From Myxococcota bacterium (GTDB lineage Bacteria > Myxococcota_A > UBA796 > GCA-2862545): a stretch of DNA of 29,438 nt. The stretch spans positions 1 to 29,438 of the forward strand of contig JBCCQY010000112.1 of the NCBI GenBank assembly GCA_039208735.1, written 5' to 3'. Within the stretch, counting starts at the first letter, position 1. The number at the start of each line of letters is the position of its first letter. The notes beneath the pieces were generated by a model that did not search any database, was not told where the DNA came from, and saw nothing but the letters and a program-made list of their open reading frames with translations. The position numbers were made by a program, and so were the translations under genes. Positions 8,012-17,405 of this stretch are shown one piece after another.

Positions 8012-8419
8012 CTACGCCATGCCCGAAAGGTGGGTGTGGGTAAACCCCGAGCGGTACTTCAGGCCGTACCCGAACATCCGGTCGAATCCGATGTGAGCCG
8101 CCCACACGAGCGCGATGGGCACCGCGAGAGGGGCGCCCGTCAGCGTGCCCCCCAACGCCACCGCCAACGGGCCGAGTGTGGTGTGCGCAGCGTTGTAGAG
8201 TGCAGCCCCCACGCGTGAATTCACGAGGTACCCCACCATCGAGAGGTCTGGCAGCAAGAACAACGCCGCATACAGTCCCCAGGAGCCGCCGAGCAGGGCG
8301 TACACGGCGGTGGCAACCGCGAGGAGCCCGGCGCCTTCGAGATGAAGAAGGGTGCGGGGCGCGCCGGTTGCGCCGGTGGGACGCCCGGACAGGGCGATGG
8401 TCGAGGGAGCAACAGACAT
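8012..8419 (-). CDS. DUF4260-family small membrane protein (135 aa)
   Basis: LLHLEG, PDLSMVGYL, YNAAH, WAAHIGFDRMFGYGLKY..GF.HTHL motifs; AAGGAG RBS before ATG 8419. Confidence 0.88.
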   Translation of the reverse strand: MSVAPSTIALSGRPTGATGAPRTLLHLEGAGLLAVATAVYALLGGSWGLYAALFLLPDLSMVGYLVNSRVGAALYNAAHTTLGPLAVALGGTLTGAPLAVPIALVWAAHIGFDRMFGYGLKYRSGFTHTHLSGMA

Positions 8420-8529
8420 CGGAGTCTCTCCTTGAAAGCGTGTCACCGTCCGTGATGACACCCTCGTTGTCGCCCGCAACGGTGCTCATCGCATTGATCG
8501 AACTGATTCCATCTGCTTAGATCATTTTG

Positions 8530-9441
8530 ATGAGCAAATGGCCTTGGGAATGGCTGGAAGCGCTTAGCGCCACGCTGGAGCACGGCAGCTTGTCTGCAGC
8601 ATCGCGCGTGCTTGGGGTGGCCCAGCCCACCGTGCGACGCCGGGTCGAAGCGTTGGAGGCTGCGCTCGGCACCGCGTTGTTCCTACGCGGCGTCAACGGG
8701 CTCGTGCCGACCGATGTGGCGCTGGCCATGCGTCCCCTCGCTCAAGCGATGGAGGCTCATGCGCAGGCCCTCGTCAGAGCCGGGTCCGGAGCCGCCGATG
8801 AGGTCCAGGGGGTGGTTCGCGTCACTGCGCCTGACGTCATCGGTGTGCACGTGCTCCCTTCGATCCTCGCGACGCTTGCCACGCCACGCCCTGCGGTCGA
8901 GCTGGCCACCCGAGACACTGTCGACGACCTGGTCCGCCGGGATGCGGACATCGCGGTGCGGGCGGTGGCATCCACCCAAACGGCCCTCGTCGCTCGCCGC
9001 GTGGGGGTCGTCCCCATCGTGCTCGCCGCAGCTCCAACGTACCTTGCCGCCCGCGCCGCCCCCCGGTCATTCGATGATGCAGAGGCCCACGACTGGGTCG
9101 TCGACGACCGACGCGGGGCGGTCACGGGAGCGCTGGCCGAACAGGGTCTTTTCGTCGAACGCCTGTCCCGGGTGGTCCGGGCCGACAACGCGTTGGCGCA
9201 GCTGGGGGCGATGCAAGCGGGGCTCGGGATCGGCGTGTGCCAAGGTCCGCTCGTCCAACGGCTTGGCTTACAACGCGTGTTTCCTGACCTGTCTGTGCCG
9301 ATGCCCCTGTGGGTCGTCGTGCATGAGGATCTGCGCGCTATCCGACGGGTTCGGCGGCTGTTCGACCATCTCGTGGCCGCACTCACCGCCTACTGCGAAA
9401 CCCCTCCCGGCAGCCTTCCGTCGACCCGTGGGTCCACGTAG
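8530..9441 (+). CDS. LysR-family transcriptional regulator (303 aa)
   Basis: EHGSLSAASRVLGVAQPTVRRRVEALEAALGTALFLR HTH plus substrate-binding domain (ADIAVR, AGLGIG). Divergent from the DUF4260/AKR genes. Confidence 0.95.
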   Translation: MSKWPWEWLEALSATLEHGSLSAASRVLGVAQPTVRRRVEALEAALGTALFLRGVNGLVPTDVALAMRPLAQAMEAHAQALVRAGSGAADEVQGVVRVTAPDVIGVHVLPSILATLATPRPAVELATRDTVDDLVRRDADIAVRAVASTQTALVARRVGVVPIVLAAAPTYLAARAAPRSFDDAEAHDWVVDDRRGAVTGALAEQGLFVERLSRVVRADNALAQLGAMQAGLGIGVCQGPLVQRLGLQRVFPDLSVPMPLWVVVHEDLRAIRRVRRLFDHLVAALTAYCETPPGSLPSTRGST

Positions 9442-9503
9442 GTCCCCCCGTCACCCCGTGACGGTTGGCGTCACGCTCGCCCGCTTAGGGACAGCAGCTA
9501 ACG

Positions 9504-10175
9504 CTACGGGCTAGACCCTCGAACGGCGTCCTCGAGGTCTCGATACCGGAACGTGAGGCGCTTCCCCAAGACCTCTCCATCCGGGCGACCGCGGGTTCCC
9601 TGTGGAGGCATCACGGCGAGCGTCGGCAGGTAGGCCCACACCTCCTCGTCGTCGTTCCCGATGACCTGGGCTTGTCCCCACACATCGTAGCCTCGGTCCT
9701 GCAAGACGACAGAGAGCTGGTTACCAGCCGCGATCGGTTCTTCGAATTGGTCGGAGGGAAACTCAACCACCACGACGCATGGAAATTCGCTACAGTCCAA
9801 ACCCACCACCGCGCCGCCTCCGATCTCCTCGAATGCGTCAAGAAGCGCAGCTTCCACGCCTTCCTCATGAAACCTTGGATCAAGCTCGTCAGGCCACTCA
9901 AGAGGTGTGCCTTCGATCGCGGCGGTCGTGAACCGCTCCGCGGCAATGGCTCGCTCCAACTCCTCGGTGACCTGCTGGAGCTGGGCAACCTCGTCCTGGA
10001 GGGATGACAGCGCCTGGCACAGGGGCCTTGCCTGACGCGCCGCGGGACGTTGCTGCACCGAGCGAACCATCGGCTCCGGCGCCGGGTCGGAAGGCGCCGG
10101 TCGAAAGGCCCACGCGGCAAAGGCACCCATGGCGCACGCACCACTGAAGCCAAGGACGACCCTGCCCAAATTCAT
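9504..10175 (-). CDS. Hypothetical membrane-anchored protein with coiled coil and DCSE[FY]PC motif, paralogue B (223 aa)
   Basis: ATG 10175 overlaps the upstream TGA (TGATG). N-terminal hydrophobic helix, heptad segment, EGTPLEWPDELDP and LDCSEFPCV. Confidence 0.8.
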   Translation of the reverse strand: MNLGRVVLGFSGACAMGAFAAWAFRPAPSDPAPEPMVRSVQQRPAARQARPLCQALSSLQDEVAQLQQVTEELERAIAAERFTTAAIEGTPLEWPDELDPRFHEEGVEAALLDAFEEIGGGAVVGLDCSEFPCVVVVEFPSDQFEEPIAAGNQLSVVLQDRGYDVWGQAQVIGNDDEEVWAYLPTLAVMPPQGTRGRPDGEVLGKRLTFRYRDLEDAVRGSSP

Positions 10176-10834
10176 CAAGGCCTCACCTGCTTTTGCGCTC
10201 TCTCGAGCCGCCACTGGAGGCGTCGTTCAGCCCCCTCCGCGTTGTCAATGTTCTGATCGACAAGGGCGAAACTCGAAACATAACGACCTTCTCTGGTGAG
10301 AGCGCTCCGACTAGGTCCCGCTCTGACATCGTCTCCAACGTCCAAAGCATCGATCAACACTTCGAGGTCTTTGGATGAAGAACCACTGGCGACCAACAAA
10401 CCCTCGCTCTTGTCGATCGTTGCGACGCATGGATACTCGGAACAATCCATGCTCAGCACCCGAAACCCGGTTTCGTTCGCTGCACTTCGAACCGTAGCCT
10501 CGAACGCGCTTGAACGAAGGGATGGGGCCACGTCGTCGGGCCAGGGTTGAGGGATACCCTCGCGTTCGGCCCGCCGAGCCTTTTGGGCGGAACGAATCAG
10601 CTTGGCGATGGCGAGCCGTTGCTCCAACTGGTGCACCGTTTGTTGCACTTCCTCTACCGCAGAGGCGCAGTCTTCATCGTCGCCAACGGCCAGCTTTGGA
10701 GCCACAGGCCTCCCGGTGGAGGGAGGAGGCCTTTCGCCCTCGGCTATCACAGCTTCTCCGCCTTGGATGAGGAGAACCAAGCCTATGCCCACAACCAACC
10801 CAAGCGGGACAACAAATACCTCAAGCCAACGCAT
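10175..10834 (-). CDS. Hypothetical membrane-anchored protein with coiled coil and DCSE[FY]PC motif, paralogue A (about 219 aa; start could be 10852)
   Basis: TM helix VFVVPLGLVVGIGLVLLI, coiled coil, EGIPQPWPDDVAP and MDCSEYPCV. Confidence 0.78.
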   Translation of the reverse strand: MRWLEVFVVPLGLVVGIGLVLLIQGGEAVIAEGERPPPSTGRPVAPKLAVGDDEDCASAVEEVQQTVHQLEQRLAIAKLIRSAQKARRAEREGIPQPWPDDVAPSLRSSAFEATVRSAANETGFRVLSMDCSEYPCVATIDKSEGLLVASGSSSKDLEVLIDALDVGDDVRAGPSRSALTREGRYVSSFALVDQNIDNAEGAERRLQWRLERAQKQVRP

Positions 10835-10942
10835 TGAAGGGTTTACCTGCATCGCCTGGATCTGTCGACGGTACCAACGCGAGTGTTCCACCAACGTGAC
10901 CGCCACGACGTCAACAGCCAGCTTTGGCGCCGCCCTCCACAA

Positions 10943-11602
10943 TCAATGGGCCGAATCGCGTTCCCCATCTTCCACCTCGCCGAACAGCGTCACCAGCACA
11001 CGGCGGATGTGAGACTCTATCCCGGCTTTTGACCGAATATCCTCGGGGTAAAAGTGATTGGTGAATGTGGACAAGGTGAAAGGGAGCGAGCCCAGCATCA
11101 TCAAGAAAATGAAGAACGAATCTGGGTCATGTTCCTGCAAAGTGGGGTGGCCTGCCCCACGCACCTTCTCGAAGATGGGTGCGATGGCCAGATGCAGCGG
11201 CCTGATATGCCCCACCAAGAAGTCCAGTCTGGGGCCCGGCTCGTTGCAGTCCAACACGATCAATCGTGAGACCTCGGGCAATTCTGCGGATTGCCGCATG
11301 TATGCCGTGGCAATGGCTCGAAGCAGGACCAGGGGTTCTTCTTCTCCAAAGCGTTGAATTAAAGGCATTTGTCGAGCCCCAACCCGAGCGACAAAGTCGG
11401 TGACCACCGCCCGCCACAGATCCTCTTTTGTGCCAAAGTGGTGCCGAATCAGCCCATGGGTGGTGCCTGCCTCTGCGGCAATCTCGCGAAGACTGGTGCC
11501 CCGGAAGCCACCAACCGCGAACTGCCGTCCCGCCGCTTCGAGGATCGTCTGGCGGGTTTGACGTGCGACTTCAGCGGATTGCCTGCCCTTTGATCGATCC
11601 AC
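10943..11602 (-). CDS. TetR/AcrR-family transcriptional regulator (219 aa)
   Basis: AAAGGAG then GTG 11602. TRQTILEAAGRQFAVGGFRGTSLREIAAEAGTTHGLIRHHFGTKEDLW. Confidence 0.93.
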   Translation of the reverse strand: MDRSKGRQSAEVARQTRQTILEAAGRQFAVGGFRGTSLREIAAEAGTTHGLIRHHFGTKEDLWRAVVTDFVARVGARQMPLIQRFGEEEPLVLLRAIATAYMRQSAELPEVSRLIVLDCNEPGPRLDFLVGHIRPLHLAIAPIFEKVRGAGHPTLQEHDPDSFFIFLMMLGSLPFTLSTFTNHFYPEDIRSKAGIESHIRRVLVTLFGEVEDGERDSAH

Positions 11603-11686
11603 GTTGTCTCCTTTGCAATCCGATCGTATAGTAAAAGCGATCCCGCGCTGGGCGGTACCCCTCGGCCCGCGCACAAGGAGGCTGGA

Positions 11687-13423
11687 TTGGACCTACGAGA
11701 TCTTGGCCCGTTGCTCCGCGCGCTCGGTCCGGTGGCCCTTAGCGCCATTCGGCGAGGGCAGCTCTGGCGTCCGGCCTGCATCCTGACCCCACCTCACCCC
11801 GACATCCTCGCTGAATACGATGTTCGGGTACCGGTTTCGGACGGGTTCTCCATCACGATCAACGTCTTCCGGAGCCGCTCGGCGGCCGACCGTGAGGAGC
11901 CGCTGCCGGTGGTGATGTGTGCCCACCCCTATGACAACCGACTTCTCCCCGAACTGAATCGCACGCCGTTGAATGGCCCACCTCAGCAGTACCGGCTCTT
12001 GCCCCAGGATGGCCGCCCTACGTTTTCCACCCAGACAAGTTGGGAGTCGCCCGACCCAAACTTCTGGGTGCCCTCGGGCTACGCCGTCGTGAACATGAAC
12101 CTGCCGGGGTACGGCTCGTCGGAAGGCCCCCCCTCGGTGTTCTCAGAAAGCCAGGCCAAGGCGTTTTACGATGCGATCGAATGGGTTGCGGCCCAGCCCT
12201 GGTGCGATGGCAACATCGGCCTCAACGGCGTCAGCTTCCTTGCCATCAGTCAGTACCACGTGGCGTTCACGAAGGCGTACGGCGGGCCCCCTCCGTCCCT
12301 GCGTTGCATCTCCCCGTGGGAAGGCGTGGCCGACGTCTACCGCGACCTCTTTCGCCCTGGGGGGGTTTGGGAAACTGGCTTTCCCATCTTCTGGTGGCAT
12401 ACCGAGGTGACCGCGGCCATGAACCAACCAGTGTCGGCCTTCATCGAACAGGAAGGCAGCGCGGCACCCGACTGGCGGCAGGACCATCCCGTTGCGGATG
12501 AGTGGGTCGAATCCAAGGTGCCCGCTCTCGAAAAAATCGAGGTGCCTACGTTGTTGTGTGCCGCCTTCTCCGACCAAGGGGTGCATACGCCTGGTGGTTT
12601 CAAAGCGTTCCTTCGGTTGGGCTCGAAGGACAAGTGGCTGTACACCCACCGCTGGCTGAAGTGGGACAGCTACTACTCACCTGAAGTTCAGGCCCTCACC
12701 AAAGAGTTCTTCGATTGCTTCGTCAAGGGACATCGCGACAACGGGTTTCTGGATCGGCCTCGTGTTCGCCTCGAGGTCCGGGAATCGCGCGACGAGGTGA
12801 GCGAGGTCCTGCACGTTAACTCATGGCCACCGGCCAAGACCGAGTACCATAGGTGGTACCTTGATCCTTCCTCGATGTCGCTCCAGCCGTCTGCCCCGGA
12901 TGACGCCCAGGAGGCAAGCTACGCCGCTCGCACCGGGCGATTGGTCTTTCGCCGCACCTTCGACCAGGACACGCGGATCGTTGGACACATGGCGTTGCAT
13001 CTGCACTTCGAGGTTCGAGGGGCCGAAGATGCCACACTCGCTGTCGCCATCGATAAGAAGGACGCGCAAGGCGGTTCAGTCCGATTCTTTGGCACGGTTG
13101 GGGCCAAAAATGATGTGGTGACCCGAGGCTTCATCGCGGCGGCCATGCGACAGACCGCGGACAACAGCATAGAGTGGCTGCCACAGCTCACGTTTCGCGA
13201 GCGCCAGCCCCTTGGGGTGGGCGAGGTCGTCGAACTCGCGATCGAGGTGTATCCGCACGCGACACTCTTTCGAGCCGGCGAATCTCTGGAATTGATCATT
13301 GCCGGCCACGAGATTGCGAAGACCCGACCACTCATCAAGGACCTCAGTGCCAACCGGGGGACCCACGTGGTGCACGCGGGGTCCAGTCGGCCGTCGTACT
13401 TGCTGGTCCCTGTGCTTCCGTAG
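11687..13423 (+). CDS. CocE/NonD-family (peptidase S15-like) serine hydrolase (578 aa)
   Basis: AGGAGG + TTG start. HPY oxyanion Tyr, DAIEWVAAQPWCDGNIGLNGVSFLA nucleophile elbow, SDQG, C-terminal jelly-roll (FRAGESLELII...SYLLVPV). Divergent from tetR across 84 bp. Confidence 0.93.
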   Translation: MDLRDLGPLLRALGPVALSAIRRGQLWRPACILTPPHPDILAEYDVRVPVSDGFSITINVFRSRSAADREEPLPVVMCAHPYDNRLLPELNRTPLNGPPQQYRLLPQDGRPTFSTQTSWESPDPNFWVPSGYAVVNMNLPGYGSSEGPPSVFSESQAKAFYDAIEWVAAQPWCDGNIGLNGVSFLAISQYHVAFTKAYGGPPPSLRCISPWEGVADVYRDLFRPGGVWETGFPIFWWHTEVTAAMNQPVSAFIEQEGSAAPDWRQDHPVADEWVESKVPALEKIEVPTLLCAAFSDQGVHTPGGFKAFLRLGSKDKWLYTHRWLKWDSYYSPEVQALTKEFFDCFVKGHRDNGFLDRPRVRLEVRESRDEVSEVLHVNSWPPAKTEYHRWYLDPSSMSLQPSAPDDAQEASYAARTGRLVFRRTFDQDTRIVGHMALHLHFEVRGAEDATLAVAIDKKDAQGGSVRFFGTVGAKNDVVTRGFIAAAMRQTADNSIEWLPQLTFRERQPLGVGEVVELAIEVYPHATLFRAGESLELIIAGHEIAKTRPLIKDLSANRGTHVVHAGSSRPSYLLVPVLP

Positions 13424-13432
13424 CACTCCGGA

Positions 13433-14215
13433 TCAAGAGCGTGGATAGCCGGTGAGGTAGGTGGCACGCACCGGCGTATCCCCAAGCTTGATCCTACCAA
13501 TATCCCAGTGCCAATGGGCAGCATCGAGCCCGCGAACGAGTTCGTCGAGTTCGTCCTCGGAGTAGACCCGCAGGCAAGACACGAGGCCGTCCCACAGCGT
13601 GAACAGCTGCATGATGGGAAGGCCCCAAGTCAACAGCACCCACGGCCAACGAAAGGGTCGCCAGGCCGGCATCGTCAACGTCACCGCCAGCGGCGTACTC
13701 AACGCCAACGCCAACATGGTCAGGGGCTCTCGATTGACGAACTCGAAGATCGCGATGGGCCGTCGGGCGGTCACCGCGTCCTGCAAGATGCGACGCGCCA
13801 CGTCGGGACGAAAGTGGTGAAAGGCGTTGAAGAGGGTGCGTACGCCCTTCAATTCTGCGGGAACAGCGGTGGCATCGACGGGTTGCGCGAAGAACTCGAT
13901 CCGGCCGTCGCTTTGGCTCGCCACCCTCGAGAGGCTGGGCACATTGGGAAACGCGTCGGTGAGGGTCACATGAACGTCGATGCCCCGATCCACCAACGCA
14001 TCCACCACGGGCATGAGAGGTCCTCCCCCTCCACTGCAGAGGTCGGTGATTCGCTGTTCGCCCGTGGCAAGCATGATGTCGGCCAGCGGTTTGGCGAGCA
14101 ATCGCGGATGACCCGCAAGACGTTCGATCAGCTCCAAATACGCGGTACCCCCATCCCGAACAATCGCCGGAAACCATGGCAAATCCTCGAGTTCCACAAG
14201 GTGCAAACGCTTCAC
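13433..14215 (-). CDS. Class I SAM-dependent methyltransferase-like protein (260 aa)
   Basis: Motif I ITDLCSGGGGP, acidic end of beta2 (LTD), VDAT, NAFHHF; internal hydrophobic hairpin. Confidence 0.85.
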   Translation of the reverse strand: MKRLHLVELEDLPWFPAIVRDGGTAYLELIERLAGHPRLLAKPLADIMLATGEQRITDLCSGGGGPLMPVVDALVDRGIDVHVTLTDAFPNVPSLSRVASQSDGRIEFFAQPVDATAVPAELKGVRTLFNAFHHFRPDVARRILQDAVTARRPIAIFEFVNREPLTMLALALSTPLAVTLTMPAWRPFRWPWVLLTWGLPIMQLFTLWDGLVSCLRVYSEDELDELVRGLDAAHWHWDIGRIKLGDTPVRATYLTGYPRS

Positions 14216-14222
14216 AAAACCT

Positions 14223-14238
14223 CTAGACGCGCGTCGAG
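14223..14238. promoter_or_regulatory. Near-copy of the TAGACG-N2-CGTCTA palindrome abutting the methyltransferase RBS
   Basis: TAGACGCGCGTCGA (14224-14237), one mismatch to the operator consensus at 5448/5467. Confidence 0.45.
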
Positions 14239-14313
14239 CCCAGGGATCGACGTTGCTCAGGAAAATCTGGAGTGGTGGCTGAGGCTACGCCTCAACGGAA
14301 CTTCGAAGCTACT

Positions 14314-14326
14314 GCAACTCAGTTGC
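14314..14326. promoter_or_regulatory. Perfect palindrome GCAACT-C-AGTTGC in the divergent methyltransferase/GNAT intergenic region; candidate repressor site
   Basis: 6-1-6 inverted repeat seen directly, 46 nt upstream of the GNAT start. Confidence 0.4.
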
Positions 14327-14372
14327 GATTACAGCGTTTCCCAGATAAGCACCGGTTCAAGGGAGAATCGAG

Positions 14373-14978
14373 ATGCATGACGTGTATTCGGCGACCGCTG
14401 CCGATACTGCGGTGGTCGGTTCAATCTTGGGTGAATCTTTCCGGGACGACCCCGTTCTTGTGCACATTGCCGGCAAGGATGGGCTTGCTGACGTCCTTTA
14501 TCCGCAGGCGTACCGGCTGGTTTACGCGGCGCTCGGGCATACCTATCTGATCAGGGACGACGCGGGCCATCCCGCAGGCTGCAGCATGTGGGTAGGACCA
14601 GGACAGTCCACTGACGATCTGTCACTTGGCACCATCCTTCAGCTCACCTGGACCGTTTTGCGTTCGCATGGGCCCGCGACCCTCTATCGTTTGCTGAAGC
14701 TCGGCCAAGTGACGTCCCCCAAACACCCGAAAGAAAGGCACTACTATCTAAATGCCATCGGCATCCTTCGGGCCGGTCAGGGGCAGGGATTGGGAGGCCA
14801 ACTGATGGAACATGTGCTCCGCATGGCGGACCAAGAGGGCGTGCCGACCTACCTCGAGAACTCGCGCGAACAAAACCTCGCCTTCTACCGACGGTACAAC
14901 TTCGAAGTCACCGAGCAGTTGACCCCCTTGCCAGGCGGTCCCCCGTTGTGGCTCATGCGCCGAGAACCGCGCGAGTAG
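14373..14978 (+). CDS. GNAT-family N-acetyltransferase (201 aa)
   Basis: ESFRDDP, HYYLNAIGI...QGQGLGGQL (acetyl-CoA motif A), YLENS..NLAFYRRYNF. Confidence 0.93.
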   Translation: MHDVYSATAADTAVVGSILGESFRDDPVLVHIAGKDGLADVLYPQAYRLVYAALGHTYLIRDDAGHPAGCSMWVGPGQSTDDLSLGTILQLTWTVLRSHGPATLYRLLKLGQVTSPKHPKERHYYLNAIGILRAGQGQGLGGQLMEHVLRMADQEGVPTYLENSREQNLAFYRRYNFEVTEQLTPLPGGPPLWLMRREPRE

Positions 14979-15005
14979 CCATTCGACTGAAGGTGTGTCT
15001 CGTAG

Positions 15006-16050
15006 TCAGCGAAAGCTTCGTTCGACAGGCTGTCCTTCGTCACCCGGACGACGTTCGTCCATCTCGTGGTCCATCGCAGCGTTGAGGTTGTTGCCAGCGA
15101 TGTCTTCGAACCGCCCACTCACCACCAATCGGTGATCGTGAATGGGGGCCATCCACGGGCCTACGGGAGTCCATTCGGCGGTCCGTTCCCCAGGCCCGAG
15201 ACGCCATTGCCCTTCGAGGAGCGTGCCGTTCGGGGCACGTATGCGAACCAGACGGTGCACCGAAACGTGGTCCACAGGCTCACCGAAATCGATGCCCAGG
15301 GGGGCTCGTGTGCCCGCATCAGGCACGTGCAACGTCCATACACCGGGCCGAACGCGTTCCCGGTCCTCTTCAACGGCCCGAAAGTCGTGCACGTAACTGG
15401 ACTCGAGGGGCGCGCCGGCGACGCTGGTCCAAGTGGGCAAGATGTGCAGCCGGTAGTGGCCCCCAGCTGCGAATGCGCGTCCCAACTCGTTGTGTGCCAC
15501 GAGTCCCGTCTTGACCCGACCGGGGTCGACGAGCAACGTGATGCGCCTTCGGTCCGCCGACCACAGCTCATGAATGTTGTCGAAGAAGACCCCGGTGAGG
15601 TCCTCCCCGGTATCCAAGCGCTCCAGTCGGAGATGGGAAAGGAAGTTTCCTTCCGCCATGGGCTGAGAAAATGTCACGTAGAAACGAAGCACATTCTCCG
15701 GAAGCGCCCCGGCTGACGGAAACACCCCCACGACATGGGGAGCGAAAGGCTTGGTCGCCGGTATGGTGACGTTCGCGGTGCAATCGCCCGATGCCACCGT
15801 GTAGGAGAGCCCGGGCGTAAACGGCAGGTCCGGGTAGAACGCTGGACCGTGGGGGCCCCTGGCGGGTCGAACCTGACACAGCACGGGTCGCTCCCATCAC
15901 GGTCACGCGCAGGGGAGCCTGGCCATCCAACGAGACCCAGCGGGGCTCGGGGTGGTCATCCAGGGCCACGGGTCCACACGATGCAGGAGCAACCTGCTCG
16001 CTGGAGCAGCCCACAAGCCCGCCGAGTAGCAGGATGGCCAGCCCGCTCAC
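15006..16050 (-). CDS. Lipoprotein with Ig-like (SbsA/Big-type) domains; split by a +1 frameshift at 15851-15855 (about 347 aa if repaired)
   Basis: ORF 15568..16050 supplies GTG (GTGA overlap with the upstream stop), lipobox LVGC and ...STRQGP. ORF 15006..15884 continues HGPAFYPDLPF..., VVGVFPS...LPENVLRFYVTFSQPM and EDIAGN. Removing one G from GGGGG joins them. Confidence 0.72.
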
Positions 16051-17405
16051 TTGCTGACGTACTCGGGGTAGCCTTCCTCGATCTTCAGCATGTTCTGGAA
16101 CTGGCGGATGGGCTCCTGCTCGGGCGGATACACGTAGTTGGGTACCTCGTACTCACTCTGGAAGTCCGAAAGCCGGAAGTAGACTCCCTTCAAGAACGAC
16201 ACGAGTTCGAGATCGCCCTGATCGATGTCTCGACGAATGGCCAACAGACGCCCCGGATCCTGATCTGCGAGGTGAATGATTCCCGTCATCGGCGGCTCGA
16301 CAGCCCCCAGGTCGACCTTGGTACCGATGCCAACAGGCTCACTTAGGCCAGGCGCCGCCGTAGCCGCTTCGATCGCCGGCTTAAAGAGGACCTGACCACC
16401 TTGGTTCTTGTTCTGCACAAACAGCGCATCGATCGGTCCACCCTCTGCGTCGGTCGTCGTAAAGGTGACCATGTCCCCCGGCGTGTTGCCGTATCCGAGT
16501 TCACCAATGGTCTTGCCGCGAACTTCGGTGCCATCCACAAGATCGGCGATGGGGAACACCACCAACGGCGTGCAAGTGTAGGCCGCTACCACATAGTCTG
16601 TACCGTCAAGGTCCATCACCGCCATCGTCCGAATGGGGGCGCGCGTTTCGAGCTGGGCGTGAATCGCGTGGTAGATCTCAGTCGTCGTCACGGTCGGAAC
16701 ACCGGAAAACGGCAGCGGCGTCGTCCACAGCGTGGATGCAAAGTCCGCGTTCGACATACCGGCGATGATCAGCTGCCCATCGTAGACTTCAAGGTCGGTG
16801 AAGGACAGATCCCGCGATGGGAACTCACCGTAGAAGAAGAACTCGTCGGTCGGAGCAAAGGGGACCACGACCGTAGCGTCGACTTCGAGGTCGGGGTCGA
16901 GCAAGCGGATGTCACCCGCTTGGTTGATCACGACGATGGCCGAGGCGTAGGCGTCGTCCGATACCCGGCTGACGGCTAGGTACGCTTCGCGGGTCATGGG
17001 ATGGACCGCCAGGTCCTTGATGCGAAGGTTGGCGGACGTCGTGCCGAGGACGTCAGCGATTTCGCCATCTAGATTCCGAAGGTTGTAGCCAAGCTTCGCG
17101 TCGGCGTTGCTCGACGCGGGCGGGGTGAGCGCAGAGACCGTACCGTCTCCCGAATCCGCTACGTACAGTGTTCCATCCGGTCCGAACCTGAGAACCGTGA
17201 TGTTCTGGAATGCAAGCACCACTTTGGGATCGGTTTGCATGTTGGACGTGTCGGTCGCTGCGGTCTCTTCCGGATCGGGAGTGCCCGTTTCTTCAGGGAT
17301 CACACTCGTATCCATCGGCATGTCGTCATCCGAATCACCAGCACATCCCACGCCCAGCCATAGCGACGCCAGAAGTGTTCCAGTAAGGGAGATCGTGCGC
17401 TTCAT
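16047..17405 (-). CDS. Uncharacterised lipoprotein, probably beta-propeller-like, with IYHxxH / ETRAPIRT / AAYTCTP motifs (452 aa)
   Basis: GAGGAG RBS, lipobox GVGC, acidic linker, propeller-type strands (LRFGPDGTLYVADS, IKDLAVHP). Confidence 0.85.
   Translation of the reverse strand: MKRTISLTGTLLASLWLGVGCAGDSDDDMPMDTSVIPEETGTPDPEETAATDTSNMQTDPKVVLAFQNITVLRFGPDGTLYVADSGDGTVSALTPPASSNADAKLGYNLRNLDGEIADVLGTTSANLRIKDLAVHPMTREAYLAVSRVSDDAYASAIVVINQAGDIRLLDPDLEVDATVVVPFAPTDEFFFYGEFPSRDLSFTDLEVYDGQLIIAGMSNADFASTLWTTPLPFSGVPTVTTTEIYHAIHAQLETRAPIRTMAVMDLDGTDYVVAAYTCTPLVVFPIADLVDGTEVRGKTIGELGYGNTPGDMVTFTTTDAEGGPIDALFVQNKNQGGQVLFKPAIEAATAAPGLSEPVGIGTKVDLGAVEPPMTGIIHLADQDPGRLLAIRRDIDQGDLELVSFLKGVYFRLSDFQSEYEVPNYVYPPEQEPIRQFQNMLKIEEGYPEYVSK

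Noticed and set aside
9448..9464. Hairpin CCGTCAC-CCC-GTGACGG between convergent genes as a terminator
   Set aside because: Three-base loop and no U-tract on either strand; plausible but not supportable.
8612..9514. 300-aa alternative-frame ORF over the LysR gene (likewise 5843..6697, 13508..14380, 24074..24832)
   Set aside because: They overlap well-supported genes and have low-complexity Arg/Pro/Ser composition without motifs.
11610..11637. Imperfect palindrome centred on CGATCG between tetR and the CocE/NonD gene
   Set aside because: Position suits an operator, but the symmetry is too weak to call from sequence alone.
12226..12243. GVSFLA instead of GxSYxG in the CocE/NonD hydrolase as a sign of inactivity
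   Set aside because: The nucleophile Ser, the upstream oxyanion Tyr (HPY) and candidate Asp/His are present; Phe after Ser is a conservative change.
4625..15855. Phase variation or programmed frameshifting at the two G-runs
   Set aside because: Runs of 4-5 G are too short for typical slipped-strand switching and no slippery heptamer or stimulator is evident. Sequencing error or simple mutation is more parsimonious.
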